64,000 bases of DNA from Arsenicibacter rosenii (lineage in GTDB: Bacteria; Bacteroidota; Bacteroidia; Cytophagales; Spirosomataceae), in contig NZ_MORL01000005.1 in NCBI RefSeq assembly GCF_001870735.1, forward strand, positions 81,736 to 145,735. Reading direction: 5' to 3'. Position numbers and translations under genes: made by a program. Positions within the stretch are counted from its first letter, which is position 1; each line of letters begins with the position of its first letter. The notes under the pieces are model-generated. The model saw only the letters and a program-made list of their open reading frames with translations, was not told the origin of the DNA and ran no database searches. Below are positions 1 through 9,434 of the stretch, in pieces.

Positions 1-1088
1 ATGTGCCCGGCCACAGCATGGCCATTCTGGCAGCATACCCCGAACTTAGCTGCACAAAGGATACGACCGTACGCGTAAATCCGGGATCAGCCTTCTCGGA
101 ATGGTATGGCAACGGTACGTTTAAAATGCTCATAGAAAACACCTTGAACCCGTCCGATGAAAATGTCTATATCTTTCTGGACAAGGTCTTTACCGAAATC
201 GCAGCCTTATTCCCGAACCCCTATATTCACGTTGGGGGCGACGAGTGCTATAAAGGGTACTGGGCACAGAATCCGGGTTGCCAGGCCCTGATGAAAAAGC
301 TGGGTATCCGCCACGTAGAAGACCTGCAGGGGTATTTTATGGGCCGCGTCGAGAAAATTCTGGATGCCAAAGGCAAAAAACTGCTGGGCTGGGACGAAAT
401 TCTGGAAGGCGGTATCTCGCCGAAAGCAACGGTCATGAGCTGGCGGGGCATCAAAGGCGGCATCGAGGCCGCCCAGATGGGACATGATGTAGTCATGACA
501 CCGACCACCTTTGCTTACCTCGACTATAACCAGGGCGAGAATACCATTGACCCGCCGATTTATGCCAGCCTGCGGATGAAACGGGCATACAGCTTTGATC
601 CGGTCCCAGACGGCGTTGATCCGAAATACATTCTGGGTGGTCAGGGGAACCTCTGGACGGAGCAGATCCCGACCCTCCGCTATGCTGAGTATATGACCTA
701 TCCGCGCGCCTGGGCCCTGTCCGAAGTATTCTGGTCACCAAAAGCCGTGAAGAACTGGGAAAACTTTGTGCAGCGCGTTGAAAACCGCTTTGAGCGCGCC
801 GATATAGCCGATATCAACTACTCAAAAGCCATTTACGACGCGATTGTCCGGACAACGGTTAAGGATGAAAAACTGACTCTGATTCTGGAGTCAGAAATTC
901 CGGGACTGGACATCTACTATACCATCGATGATACAATGCCCGACAGCCATTCGGCTAAATTTACACAACCGGTTGAGCTGCCCGAGGGGCCGGTTACCCT
1001 GCGGGTGGTCACTTACCGCAACGGGAATCCGATCGGCCATCTGATTACGCTCAAACGAGATGAACTGCGGCGGCGTGCCGGACGATAA
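1..1088 (+). CDS. beta-N-acetylhexosaminidase (GH20), C-terminal portion; 5' end lies outside the window
   Basis: The translation carries GH20 catalytic-region motifs (HVGGDECYKGYW, GNLWTEQIP, MSWRGIKGG). The ORF enters from the window edge. Confidence 0.8.
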   Translation, partial: VPGHSMAILAAYPELSCTKDTTVRVNPGSAFSEWYGNGTFKMLIENTLNPSDENVYIFLDKVFTEIAALFPNPYIHVGGDECYKGYWAQNPGCQALMKKLGIRHVEDLQGYFMGRVEKILDAKGKKLLGWDEILEGGISPKATVMSWRGIKGGIEAAQMGHDVVMTPTTFAYLDYNQGENTIDPPIYASLRMKRAYSFDPVPDGVDPKYILGGQGNLWTEQIPTLRYAEYMTYPRAWALSEVFWSPKAVKNWENFVQRVENRFERADIADINYSKAIYDAIVRTTVKDEKLTLILESEIPGLDIYYTIDDTMPDSHSAKFTQPVELPEGPVTLRVVTYRNGNPIGHLITLKRDELRRRAGR

Positions 1089-1119
1089 TCCTTCACTGAA
1101 GCCGGCTGTAGGGCCGGCT

Positions 1120-2166
1120 TCAGTGTTTTTCCGGCTCCAGCAGCGGAATAACGACATTGAAATTCCCTTCGGCTTCAACCACCTGCACTTCCCGATCGCC
1201 CAGTAACCGGTATTTGGCCACAATGTTGGATAAACCGACACGATCAGAGACCACCGGCACGGCTCTGCGCTGAAGGTTGTTCTGCACCCGTAACAGGCCG
1301 TCATCGCCTACGGTCATCGTGATCACCAACTGCTGTTCCGGCAGAATCACGTTGTGCTTAACGGCGTTTTCCACTAACAGTTGAAGCGTCAGGGGAGCAA
1401 TCCGGTAGTCCATCCAGGCATCACTAATCTGTTCGCGAACGGCAAACCCGTCACCATGCCGGATTTGCAACAGGTATACGTACGAACGTACAAACGCCAG
1501 CTCAGTTCTCAGTTCAGTCAGTTCCTCTTCATTTGCCCGCAGCAGGTAACGGTATACATGGCTCATTTCGTCCAGAAACCGCGATGCTGTTTTCGGCGAA
1601 TCTTCGATCAGCACCGACAGGGTGTTCAGCGAATTGAATAAGAAATGGGGGTTAATTTGTTGCTTGAGGCTTTCGAACTGGCTTTGCAGCCGTGCTTTTT
1701 TCAGCCGTTCGGTTTCGGTTACTGTCTGTTGCCACTCATCGAAGGCAAAAATACTTTCATGTATGGCCAGTATGATCAGGATCACAATCACCTGAAAGTA
1801 AATACTATATTGAAGCCGCTGCCCGTCGTAAGCTGTAAAACCAAACCAAATGAAGGTTTTGTACATGCCGACCGTAAAGCCAGCTCCCAGCAGACAAAGC
1901 CAGATGGCCATAACGATACTACGGCCGAGAATTTGTGAATAGGCCGAAAAGCGGTCACGTACCCAGTTGGCCTGTATATTGTTAAGCAGCCAGTTGCCGA
2001 ACGAAAACATCCCTGCCAGCACGGTTGCGCCGGCCCATACCCGCCAGCTCTGCCAGTATACGGCACCCAATAGCAGCCAGTTCATGCCAATCACATAAAC
2101 AGGCAGCACAACCACCTGCATGATGGTGTCCAGACGGGTATACCTCAGCGCAGAAGCAGCATTCAC
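1120..2166 (-). CDS. membrane sensor histidine kinase, LytS/His_kinase (PF06580)-type
   Basis: Multi-TM N-terminus followed by QINPHFLFNSLNTLSVLIEDSP (the histidine-containing His_kinase motif) and an HATPase-like C-terminus. Confidence 0.8.
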   Translation of the reverse strand: MNAASALRYTRLDTIMQVVVLPVYVIGMNWLLLGAVYWQSWRVWAGATVLAGMFSFGNWLLNNIQANWVRDRFSAYSQILGRSIVMAIWLCLLGAGFTVGMYKTFIWFGFTAYDGQRLQYSIYFQVIVILIILAIHESIFAFDEWQQTVTETERLKKARLQSQFESLKQQINPHFLFNSLNTLSVLIEDSPKTASRFLDEMSHVYRYLLRANEEELTELRTELAFVRSYVYLLQIRHGDGFAVREQISDAWMDYRIAPLTLQLLVENAVKHNVILPEQQLVITMTVGDDGLLRVQNNLQRRAVPVVSDRVGLSNIVAKYRLLGDREVQVVEAEGNFNVVIPLLEPEKH

Positions 2167-3230
2167 AGAAACATGGATGTTTGGTTTTTGAACAGCGTAC
2201 TGGTTTTACGGTTCAGGCCCGGATTGATCGTGACCGAAAAAATAAACTCATTGTCAATAATAACCGGATCCGGCAACTCCTGCAACCGGAACTGCGAAAT
2301 TAAATCGACCAGACTATTCCGGCCCGGATTCATGCGGAGGGTCTTCCGGTTGATGGTGTTTTCGACAATCAGTTGCCCGGCTTCATCGCTCCTGATCCGG
2401 ATAACCAGCGGCGTTTTCGGGGTCACTACATTGTAGTTGATAGCATTCTCGACCAGTGTCTGCAATGTCAGCGGCGGCATTTGCCCGGCCTCCTGTACGG
2501 TACGATCAACGGCGATGTGGAGCTGAATAGCCTCCCCGTACCGTACCTGCAGCAGTTTATAAAACGATGTGATAAACCCGATTTCCTGCCGTACGGATGT
2601 CGTCGGTTTGCTGTTGGCCTGTAACAGATACCGGTAAACCGTACAGAGTTCATCCAGAAACTCCGACGCTTTTGCCGGTTCATCCTCAATCAGAATCGAC
2701 AGCGAGTTGAGCGAGTTGAACAGGAAGTGCGGGTTTACCTGAGCCTTCAGCGTATCATACTGATGCTGTAAACTGACTTTTTTGGCCATTTCGGCTTCTA
2801 CAAGCGCGGTTTTCAGTTTGGCAAAATAGTACAATACCTCGTAGGCGACCCCAACCACCAGCAGCACCAGATAACCGCCGATCAGCTGTTGCAGGTATAC
2901 ATCGATCGTAATCGGTACACCGGCAATTCCCAGCAGCCCGAACAGCGACACCACACCAAGCTGGGCAATGGTAACGATCATGAAATAGCCCAGAAACGTA
3001 ATCAGAATGCGCTGCCGCGTCTGATCAATGTGCGTATACCGTAACCGGACAAAGCGCAGCCAGCGGGTAAAGCATTCCCACAGCAGCGAAATGTACACCA
3101 TTCCCCAGAAACTGGTGCGCAGGTAGATGCGCCAGTCATAGTGGTATTGCTCCAGGTACAGCAGGTTGGTCGACAGTTCAACCAACGGTATACCGATTAA
3201 ACGCAGCCATTTATCGTTCAGTTTTTCCAA
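2163..3230 (-). CDS. membrane sensor histidine kinase, LytS-type paralog; 4-bp overlap with the downstream kinase
   Basis: Same architecture and motif (VNPHFLFNSLNSLSILIEDEP). Tandem paralog of the 1120..2166 ORF. Confidence 0.8.
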   Translation of the reverse strand: MEKLNDKWLRLIGIPLVELSTNLLYLEQYHYDWRIYLRTSFWGMVYISLLWECFTRWLRFVRLRYTHIDQTRQRILITFLGYFMIVTIAQLGVVSLFGLLGIAGVPITIDVYLQQLIGGYLVLLVVGVAYEVLYYFAKLKTALVEAEMAKKVSLQHQYDTLKAQVNPHFLFNSLNSLSILIEDEPAKASEFLDELCTVYRYLLQANSKPTTSVRQEIGFITSFYKLLQVRYGEAIQLHIAVDRTVQEAGQMPPLTLQTLVENAINYNVVTPKTPLVIRIRSDEAGQLIVENTINRKTLRMNPGRNSLVDLISQFRLQELPDPVIIDNEFIFSVTINPGLNRKTSTLFKNQTSMFL

Positions 3231-3453
3231 GAGTACAGGTTTCTACAAGTCTGAGTCTTTGTTAAAAATACACGTAATCGGCTAACCGGACAACCAGGCT
3301 ATCCTTCAGTTGGCAAGAACCGGACTTCAGCCGTATAAAAGGGCGGTTGGCCCGTAGGAACCTCAGCCGATTTTAGATAATTTTGTTGACGAAAACCAGG
3401 CGCTGTCCGGCTAAACAAGCAGATCAGCGCCTACAATTACTGTCTCCCTCTGA

Positions 3454-4164
3454 ATGAAAAACATTGACGTTTGTCTTACTCCGGACTTATTACACCTTCA
3501 TAAAATTGATAATGCAATTGTAGTTGTCGCCGATGTATTCCGGGCAACTTCCTGTATGGTTACGGCATTTGCACATAGTGTTTCCTGCATCGTGCCGGTG
3601 GCAACGGTAGAAGAGTGCCGGGCGCTACAGGAGCGCGGTTATCTGGCCGCTGCCGAACGGAACGCCATGAAGGTCGACGGGTTTGATCTGGATAACTCTC
3701 CGTTCAGCTACATGGAAAGCTGGATGGAAAATACGAAAGTAGCCATGACGACCACCAACGGGACTCTGGCCATTACCAAATCACGGTCGGCAGTAAAGGT
3801 GCTGGTGGGCTCCTTTCTGAATCTGGGCGCCATTGCCCATTATCTGCAATCACAGCCTTACGACGTTATTGTGCTGTGTGCTGGCTGGAAAGGCCGCCCT
3901 AACATGGAAGACACGCTGTTTGCCGGTGCACTGATTGAGCGGCTGAAAGAAAACTATATGATTGCGGAAGACAGTGCCATCATGGCTTGGCGATTGTATA
4001 ATCAGGGCAAAGGCGACCTGTTAAGCTACCTCGCCAACTCTTCACACATCCGCCGGTTGCAGCGCCTTGGCATCTCCAAAGACATTGCTTATTGTTTACA
4101 GCATGACCTGTATGATGTGGTTCCGGTGCTGCGGGGCAACACGCTTGTCAATATGGAAATCTGA
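3454..4164 (+). CDS. 2-phosphosulfolactate phosphatase family protein (ComB-like)
   Basis: About 236 aa, N-terminal MKNIDVCLTPDLL..., and overall length and pattern typical of the ComB family. Called from memory of the family, not from a search. Confidence 0.55.
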   Translation: MKNIDVCLTPDLLHLHKIDNAIVVVADVFRATSCMVTAFAHSVSCIVPVATVEECRALQERGYLAAAERNAMKVDGFDLDNSPFSYMESWMENTKVAMTTTNGTLAITKSRSAVKVLVGSFLNLGAIAHYLQSQPYDVIVLCAGWKGRPNMEDTLFAGALIERLKENYMIAEDSAIMAWRLYNQGKGDLLSYLANSSHIRRLQRLGISKDIAYCLQHDLYDVVPVLRGNTLVNMEI

Positions 4165-4239
4165 GAACCGGTCTCCCTTAACTCAAAAAGCGGCTGACGT
4201 TCGGAACATCAGCCGCTTTTTGACTCCCTTTCAGGTATA

Positions 4240-4479
4240 TCAGGCCATTTCGGCCACTTGCTGCTCGTGCTGCAGATAGTGCGTTACACCAGCCAATGTC
4301 GTTAACTTTGGGTAATCTTCATCCGGAATACGCAATCCAAATTCCTGCTCCAATTGCATGATCAGATCAACCGTATCCAAACTATCAAGGCCAAGGTCAC
4401 GGGTGAAATGTACATTATCAGTTATAGCGTTACGGTTAATTCCGAAATTGCACAATATGTCAATAACCTTCTCTTTCAT
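4240..4479 (-). CDS. acyl carrier protein (stand-alone)
   Basis: 79 aa with LGLDSLDTVDLIMQLEQEFG, the phosphopantetheine-attachment DSL motif. Confidence 0.8.
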   Translation of the reverse strand: MKEKVIDILCNFGINRNAITDNVHFTRDLGLDSLDTVDLIMQLEQEFGLRIPDEDYPKLTTLAGVTHYLQHEQQVAEMA

Positions 4480-4640
4480 AACTTTCCCGTTTTTAGTATT
4501 TTATTGATGTACCTTTTAATTCTGTAACAGGAAAATGCGGTGCTTTGTTGTACTGTATAAAGGTATATTTTAGCTTTTTTAACAAAACACTGACCGCATT
4601 CTGACTTCCGGAGCCTTCTGGCGTCCCCGAAAACAAGCGC

Positions 4641-4679
4641 GCCGTAACAGCATACATTTTGTGAATATACTGTTACGGC
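4641..4679 (-). terminator. hairpin downstream of tolC-like gene
   Basis: GCCGTAACAG ...19-nt loop... CTGTTACGGC, followed on the minus strand by a TTGTTTTC tract. Confidence 0.4.
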
Positions 4680-4718
4680 TTAAGCGAACCGCTGCGTGTT
4701 GAGCTTAGCAGAACAAAC

Positions 4719-6020
4719 TTACAAACCTTCGCCCAGCAATCGTTTTAATTCCAGCTGAGACAACAAAATCTGGTATTGAACCGACAATTGCGTCAGACGA
4801 GCTTCTTCGACCCCCGTTTCGGCACTCTCTAATTCAACTGCCGTAATCACGCCGTTTTTCAGGCGGGCCCGCGCAATATCCAGCGCCTTACCGGCCTGTA
4901 ACAACTGTGTTTCCAGGTTCTGAAGCCGCGCCTGATACGCTTTCATATCTGCATTAATCTGAGCCAGGCTCTGTCTCAGCTGAGCATTTGCATTTTCGAC
5001 CGCGTATTTACTCGCCGTCAGGTTAACCCGTGCGGCCTCTGTCTGCAACGCATTACGCTTGCCGGAATAAATGGGCACAACCAGCGAAACCCCGGCGGCC
5101 TGATTAAACTTCGGGGTATTTACGTCGGGGATATACCCGTTTTTAAACCCGACATTTCCTCCGAAACCAAGCGTTGGCCGGCCATTCAGCTCGCTGGCCC
5201 GGATTTCTGATTCGGCCTGCCGTACGCGGTCCTGCGCAATCACGAGGTCTTTATTACCCGACAAAGCTGCCTGATACCGGGCATCTGCAATCGGCAAAGG
5301 CCCCGTTATGGTACTGAACTCCCTGGCATCCGGTCCGATTACCGGCGACGGATTGCCGGTCAGGTAGGTCAGCAGGGCCAACTGGCGATCCAGCTGATTC
5401 TGGATGTCTACCTTGCGGTTTTTAGCCGTTTCCAGCCGTACCTTCTGGGTCAGTACGTCAAACTCCAGCGCGTCTCCGTTCCGCAGGCGGTTAACAATGG
5501 TCTGGATATTGGCCGAAGCCGTCTGAATCACCGAATCCTGAACAGAGAGGCTTTTCTGCAGAAAACCGACACCGTAATAGGCCGCTGCCACCTGGAAACC
5601 CAGGTTATGCTGCGTCAGCTCCAGGCTATGGCGGGCCAGCAGAATATCATCCTGCGCTTTGCGGATTGCTTCTTTAGTACGCCCCCAGTCATAGATCGGC
5701 ACGTTGATGCCGATGTTGGCGTTCAGGTTATGATGCGGCACAAACTTCAGCGCCACATCCTGTCCGTTGATGGGAAACGTAGCCTGTGGTACAGGGTTGA
5801 TGTACTGGTAACTGCCATTACCCTGAATAGTCGGCAGTAAGGTTGTCCGGACAATATCGCGCCGGATTTCACCCGCTTTCACCTGCTGTTCCTGCTCTTT
5901 CAGGCGGGGAAAATTTGTGTTTGCCTGCTGCATCAATGTCCGTAAGTCATCCGGCAGTGTCTGGGCGACGGCTGTCAGCGAACTGAGTGCAAACACTATG
6001 ATTATGTGTATTCGGTTCAT
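4719..6020 (-). CDS. TolC-family outer membrane efflux protein
   Basis: 433 aa with signal peptide and coiled-coil/beta repeats typical of OEP/TolC. Last gene of the emrA-emrB-tolC operon. Confidence 0.85.
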   Translation of the reverse strand: MNRIHIIIVFALSSLTAVAQTLPDDLRTLMQQANTNFPRLKEQEQQVKAGEIRRDIVRTTLLPTIQGNGSYQYINPVPQATFPINGQDVALKFVPHHNLNANIGINVPIYDWGRTKEAIRKAQDDILLARHSLELTQHNLGFQVAAAYYGVGFLQKSLSVQDSVIQTASANIQTIVNRLRNGDALEFDVLTQKVRLETAKNRKVDIQNQLDRQLALLTYLTGNPSPVIGPDAREFSTITGPLPIADARYQAALSGNKDLVIAQDRVRQAESEIRASELNGRPTLGFGGNVGFKNGYIPDVNTPKFNQAAGVSLVVPIYSGKRNALQTEAARVNLTASKYAVENANAQLRQSLAQINADMKAYQARLQNLETQLLQAGKALDIARARLKNGVITAVELESAETGVEEARLTQLSVQYQILLSQLELKRLLGEGL

Positions 6021-6035
6021 AACTGTTAGTTCTGT

Positions 6036-7610
6036 TTAATGAGCTGCATCAGCCGCAGCTTTAGCGGCAGCCGGATCCATTTTCCGGTTTTGCAGGAAAA
6101 ACAACAGGGGAAACGTGACGATAAAAAAGGTACCTGCCAGCCGGAAGGTATCCAGATAGGAAATCATCAGTGCCTGTTTCTGAATAATGAGATCGAGGTT
6201 ACGGTATGCGGCCGTAGCGGCGTCAAAAGCATTCATGCCGCGGGACATAAGACCTTGCGTGAGGGCATTAAGCCGCTCGGTTGTGAGCATGTCGCCGGCC
6301 TGCACGTGTGACACCAGGTCTCCCCGATGAACAGCCGAACGCTGGGTAATGTACGTGTTGGTAACGGCCACCCCGAACGCCCCGCCCAACTGACGGATCA
6401 TGTTGGTAAAGGCAATCCCCATCGGCAGTTCCTGCGGCTTCAGCGTCGAAATCGACTGATTGATCAGCGGTGCGTTGATAAACGCCATCCCGACCCCGCG
6501 AACGAGCAGGGCAATTGTAAAAAGGCCCTCGGTAGCATTTTCGTTATAGCCTGCCATCATAAAACAGAACGCAATGAAGGCGATATAGCCGATGGCGACA
6601 AAAATCCGTGGCGACACCCCGTTGGCCAGCGCCCGGCCTACAACCGGGAAAATAAAGATGGTAATGAAACCACCCGGTATGAGCAGGTTACCGGTTTTGG
6701 TCGCCGTGTAGCCGATAATCCGTTGTACAAACAGCGGAAACAGCATAATGGACGTAAACAGCCCATAGCCGATGATAAATACCAGAATTGATCCGATGGC
6801 CAGATTGCGGTTTTTCAGTACGCGCAGATCAACGACCGGATTTTTGGTTTTCAGCTCCCACCAGATAAACATCGGGATAGAAATGGCTGCCATAATGGTC
6901 AGCATCAGAATAGTATGATCATCAAACCAGTCGTCGGCCTCACCCCGCTCCAGCACATATTGCAGACTACCGATCCCGACGGCCAGCAACAGAATCCCCA
7001 GCTGGTCGATACTGATTTTGCTGCGGTCAATGTTATGCTCCTGCGGTTGTTTTTCGATGAAGTTAAGGCACAGGAATGTGGCTAAAATCCCGAAGGGTAC
7101 GTTGATGAAGAACATCCAGCTCCAGTGGTAATTATCGATGATAAAACCACCCAGTGTCGGGCCGAGGGTTGGCCCCATAACGATACCCATCCCGAAAATT
7201 GCCGAGGCAATCGGCCGCTGCTGGGGCGGGAAGGAGTCATACATAATCCCCTGCGAAGTCGAAAGCAGCGCCCCCCCGCCTACCCCCTGCACAAACCGGA
7301 AAAAGGTTAATGTCCAGAGGTCATCCGCAATTCCGCAGGCATACGAGGCAAGGGTAAACAGGATAATGGATGCGATATAATAGTTTTTCCGGCCGAAATA
7401 GTTCTGAAAAAAGCCGGTCATCGGAATGACGATTACGTTGGCAATAGCGTAGGAGGTTACCACCCACGAAATGTCTTCAATCGTTACGCCCAGGTTGCCC
7501 GCCATCTGGGTAAGCCCGACGTTCACAATCGACGTATCGATCAACTCCATGATAGCCGCCGATACAACCGTCAGTACGACAATCCACCGGCGAAATCCTT
7601 GTTGAGCCAT
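6036..7610 (-). CDS. MFS multidrug efflux transporter, DHA2 (EmrB/QacA) family
   Basis: 524 aa with 14 predicted TM helices and an MFS signature near the N-terminus. Sits between HlyD and TolC genes. Confidence 0.85.
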   Translation of the reverse strand: MAQQGFRRWIVVLTVVSAAIMELIDTSIVNVGLTQMAGNLGVTIEDISWVVTSYAIANVIVIPMTGFFQNYFGRKNYYIASIILFTLASYACGIADDLWTLTFFRFVQGVGGGALLSTSQGIMYDSFPPQQRPIASAIFGMGIVMGPTLGPTLGGFIIDNYHWSWMFFINVPFGILATFLCLNFIEKQPQEHNIDRSKISIDQLGILLLAVGIGSLQYVLERGEADDWFDDHTILMLTIMAAISIPMFIWWELKTKNPVVDLRVLKNRNLAIGSILVFIIGYGLFTSIMLFPLFVQRIIGYTATKTGNLLIPGGFITIFIFPVVGRALANGVSPRIFVAIGYIAFIAFCFMMAGYNENATEGLFTIALLVRGVGMAFINAPLINQSISTLKPQELPMGIAFTNMIRQLGGAFGVAVTNTYITQRSAVHRGDLVSHVQAGDMLTTERLNALTQGLMSRGMNAFDAATAAYRNLDLIIQKQALMISYLDTFRLAGTFFIVTFPLLFFLQNRKMDPAAAKAAADAAH

Positions 7611-7675
7611 GTTGTTGTGTTTTCTCAGCCATCAGTCCGAAGCCTGCGGCCTGTTAATTGTATAGCCGCAATCGG

Positions 7676-8764
7676 TTATTGGGCTACCTGTACAGCGATT
7701 TCGGTACTCAGACCAGCCCGGAGCAGGCTTTTGTATTTCTCAGGATGTTCAATTTCAATCTTCACCGGCACACGCTGTGTCAGTTTCACGAAGTTGCCGG
7801 TGGCGTTATCGGCAGGCAGCAACGCAAACTTAGAGCCGGTTGCTTCTGAAAGTGAAACCACTTTGCCTTTAACGTCCAGGTCAGGGTACGCATCAAGCTT
7901 GATATCGACCGGCTGACCAACCCGCATTTTTTCGAGCTGCGTTTCCTTGAAGTTAGCGACTACCCAGAACGTTGAGTCGGCGACAATGGTGAACAGGTTC
8001 TGGCCCGGCTGTACATACTGACCAACCACCACATTTTTCCGGCCGATTTTACCCGAAATGGGTGCCATCAATTTAGTATACCCAACCCGGAGACGGGCAT
8101 TTTGCACGGCGGCTTCCTTTACTTTCAGCATGGCCTGCATTTTCTGAATGGCCGCCTGTGCTTTGGCAATACCTGCTTTGGCAACGCCTTCCGACGTCTG
8201 GGCTAAGGCAATCTGCTGCTGACTGGCTTCGTACTGACGGCCCTGCACATCGGCATTGCTGCGGGTATCTTCCAACTGTTTCTGGGTTAATGACTGTTCG
8301 TTGTAGAGGTTCTGGTCACGTTGCAGGTCTTTCTGAGCTTTATCACGGCGGGAAGCCTGCACACTGGCATTTGACTGAGCGACGCGCATATTCTGGGATA
8401 CATTCCGCAAATTGGCCTGAGCCGTCTGCAAATCTGCCTGAGCCGTCCGGATGTCGGCCAGTGTCTGCTGATAATCAGCTTCAGCCTGCTGTAAGGCGAC
8501 ATCATACTCCTGCGGATCAATCACGACCAGTGTCTGGTTTTTCGAAACGTTCGCGTAATCATCGACAGACACTTGTTGTACATACCCTGCTACCCGGGCC
8601 AGAACCGGGGCGGTATTGCCTTCTATCTGCGCATTGTCGGTAGTTTCGTACTTCTGGTTATATCGATACGACTGAAATCCATAAAAAGCGGCAGCGACCA
8701 CAACGATGAGCCCTATAAGCCGTGGCAAATATTTCTTTACAGGATTGGCTTGTTCGGTTGACAT
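7676..8764 (-). CDS. HlyD/EmrA-family membrane fusion protein
   Basis: N-terminal TM, a long coiled-coil (the ADYQQTLADIRTAQADLQTAQANL repeats), and C-terminal beta-barrel/lipoyl-like segments. Confidence 0.85.
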   Translation of the reverse strand: MSTEQANPVKKYLPRLIGLIVVVAAAFYGFQSYRYNQKYETTDNAQIEGNTAPVLARVAGYVQQVSVDDYANVSKNQTLVVIDPQEYDVALQQAEADYQQTLADIRTAQADLQTAQANLRNVSQNMRVAQSNASVQASRRDKAQKDLQRDQNLYNEQSLTQKQLEDTRSNADVQGRQYEASQQQIALAQTSEGVAKAGIAKAQAAIQKMQAMLKVKEAAVQNARLRVGYTKLMAPISGKIGRKNVVVGQYVQPGQNLFTIVADSTFWVVANFKETQLEKMRVGQPVDIKLDAYPDLDVKGKVVSLSEATGSKFALLPADNATGNFVKLTQRVPVKIEIEHPEKYKSLLRAGLSTEIAVQVAQ

Positions 8765-8815
8765 TACTTATGCTGGTTTGATACGAGTAATTTTAATGCT
8801 TATGCAACTTAATAG

Positions 8816-8888
8816 GTAGTCAACTCGTTTGACTATTGTGGTGCAAATGTAAACCAAGTTGACTATCAAGTCAACCAAATTGACTACT
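8816..8888. promoter_or_regulatory. Paired TTGACT/AGTCAA palindromes in the emrA / marR divergent promoter region (candidate MarR operators)
   Basis: TAGTCAA-ctcgt-TTGACTA (8816-8834) and GTTGACT-atca-AGTCAAC (8857-8874), plus an extra TTGACTA half-site. Confidence 0.5.
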
Positions 8889-8939
8889 TTTGTGTTGCAC
8901 AATTGAATTAAAAACTCATTAAAACAGTATCTTTCGGCC

Positions 8940-9422
8940 ATGATCTCCGAAGAAGCCAATATTTCCTATGATTTCGCGCATTACCGGTCTTTGCGCGAAC
9001 GCTCGTTCGGCCGCTTAATGATGCGTCTGAAGCGCTACATGGCGAATTTTCTGGAAGGCAAGCTACATGAACTGGGCTTTGATGACTTTAAGGTAAGTTA
9101 CCTGTCTTTTCTTTCGCATATTGAAGAGGCGGGCATTACAAACAGCGAACTGGCTCGTCATGCCTGCGTAACCAAGCAGATGATGAGTAAGACGGTAAGC
9201 TTACTGGAAGCCTCCGGCTATATATACCTGAAGAAGAATGAAAACGACAGCCGCTCAAGTATCATCTACCTGAGCGACCGCGGCAAATCGTTGTTTATTG
9301 CGCTGACGCAGTGCATGCAGGAGTTACGGCAACAATTCGATGCCATTGCCGGTGCGGAGCAGATCGACAACATGCTAGACACTATGATTCTGCTGGTCAA
9401 TGAGTTACCGACTGAACAATAG
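8940..9422 (+). CDS. MarR-family transcriptional regulator
   Basis: 160 aa with a winged-HTH MarR-like core. Divergent from the efflux operon. Confidence 0.8.
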   Translation: MISEEANISYDFAHYRSLRERSFGRLMMRLKRYMANFLEGKLHELGFDDFKVSYLSFLSHIEEAGITNSELARHACVTKQMMSKTVSLLEASGYIYLKKNENDSRSSIIYLSDRGKSLFIALTQCMQELRQQFDAIAGAEQIDNMLDTMILLVNELPTEQ

Positions 9423-9434
9423 TCCGGTCGTTGC

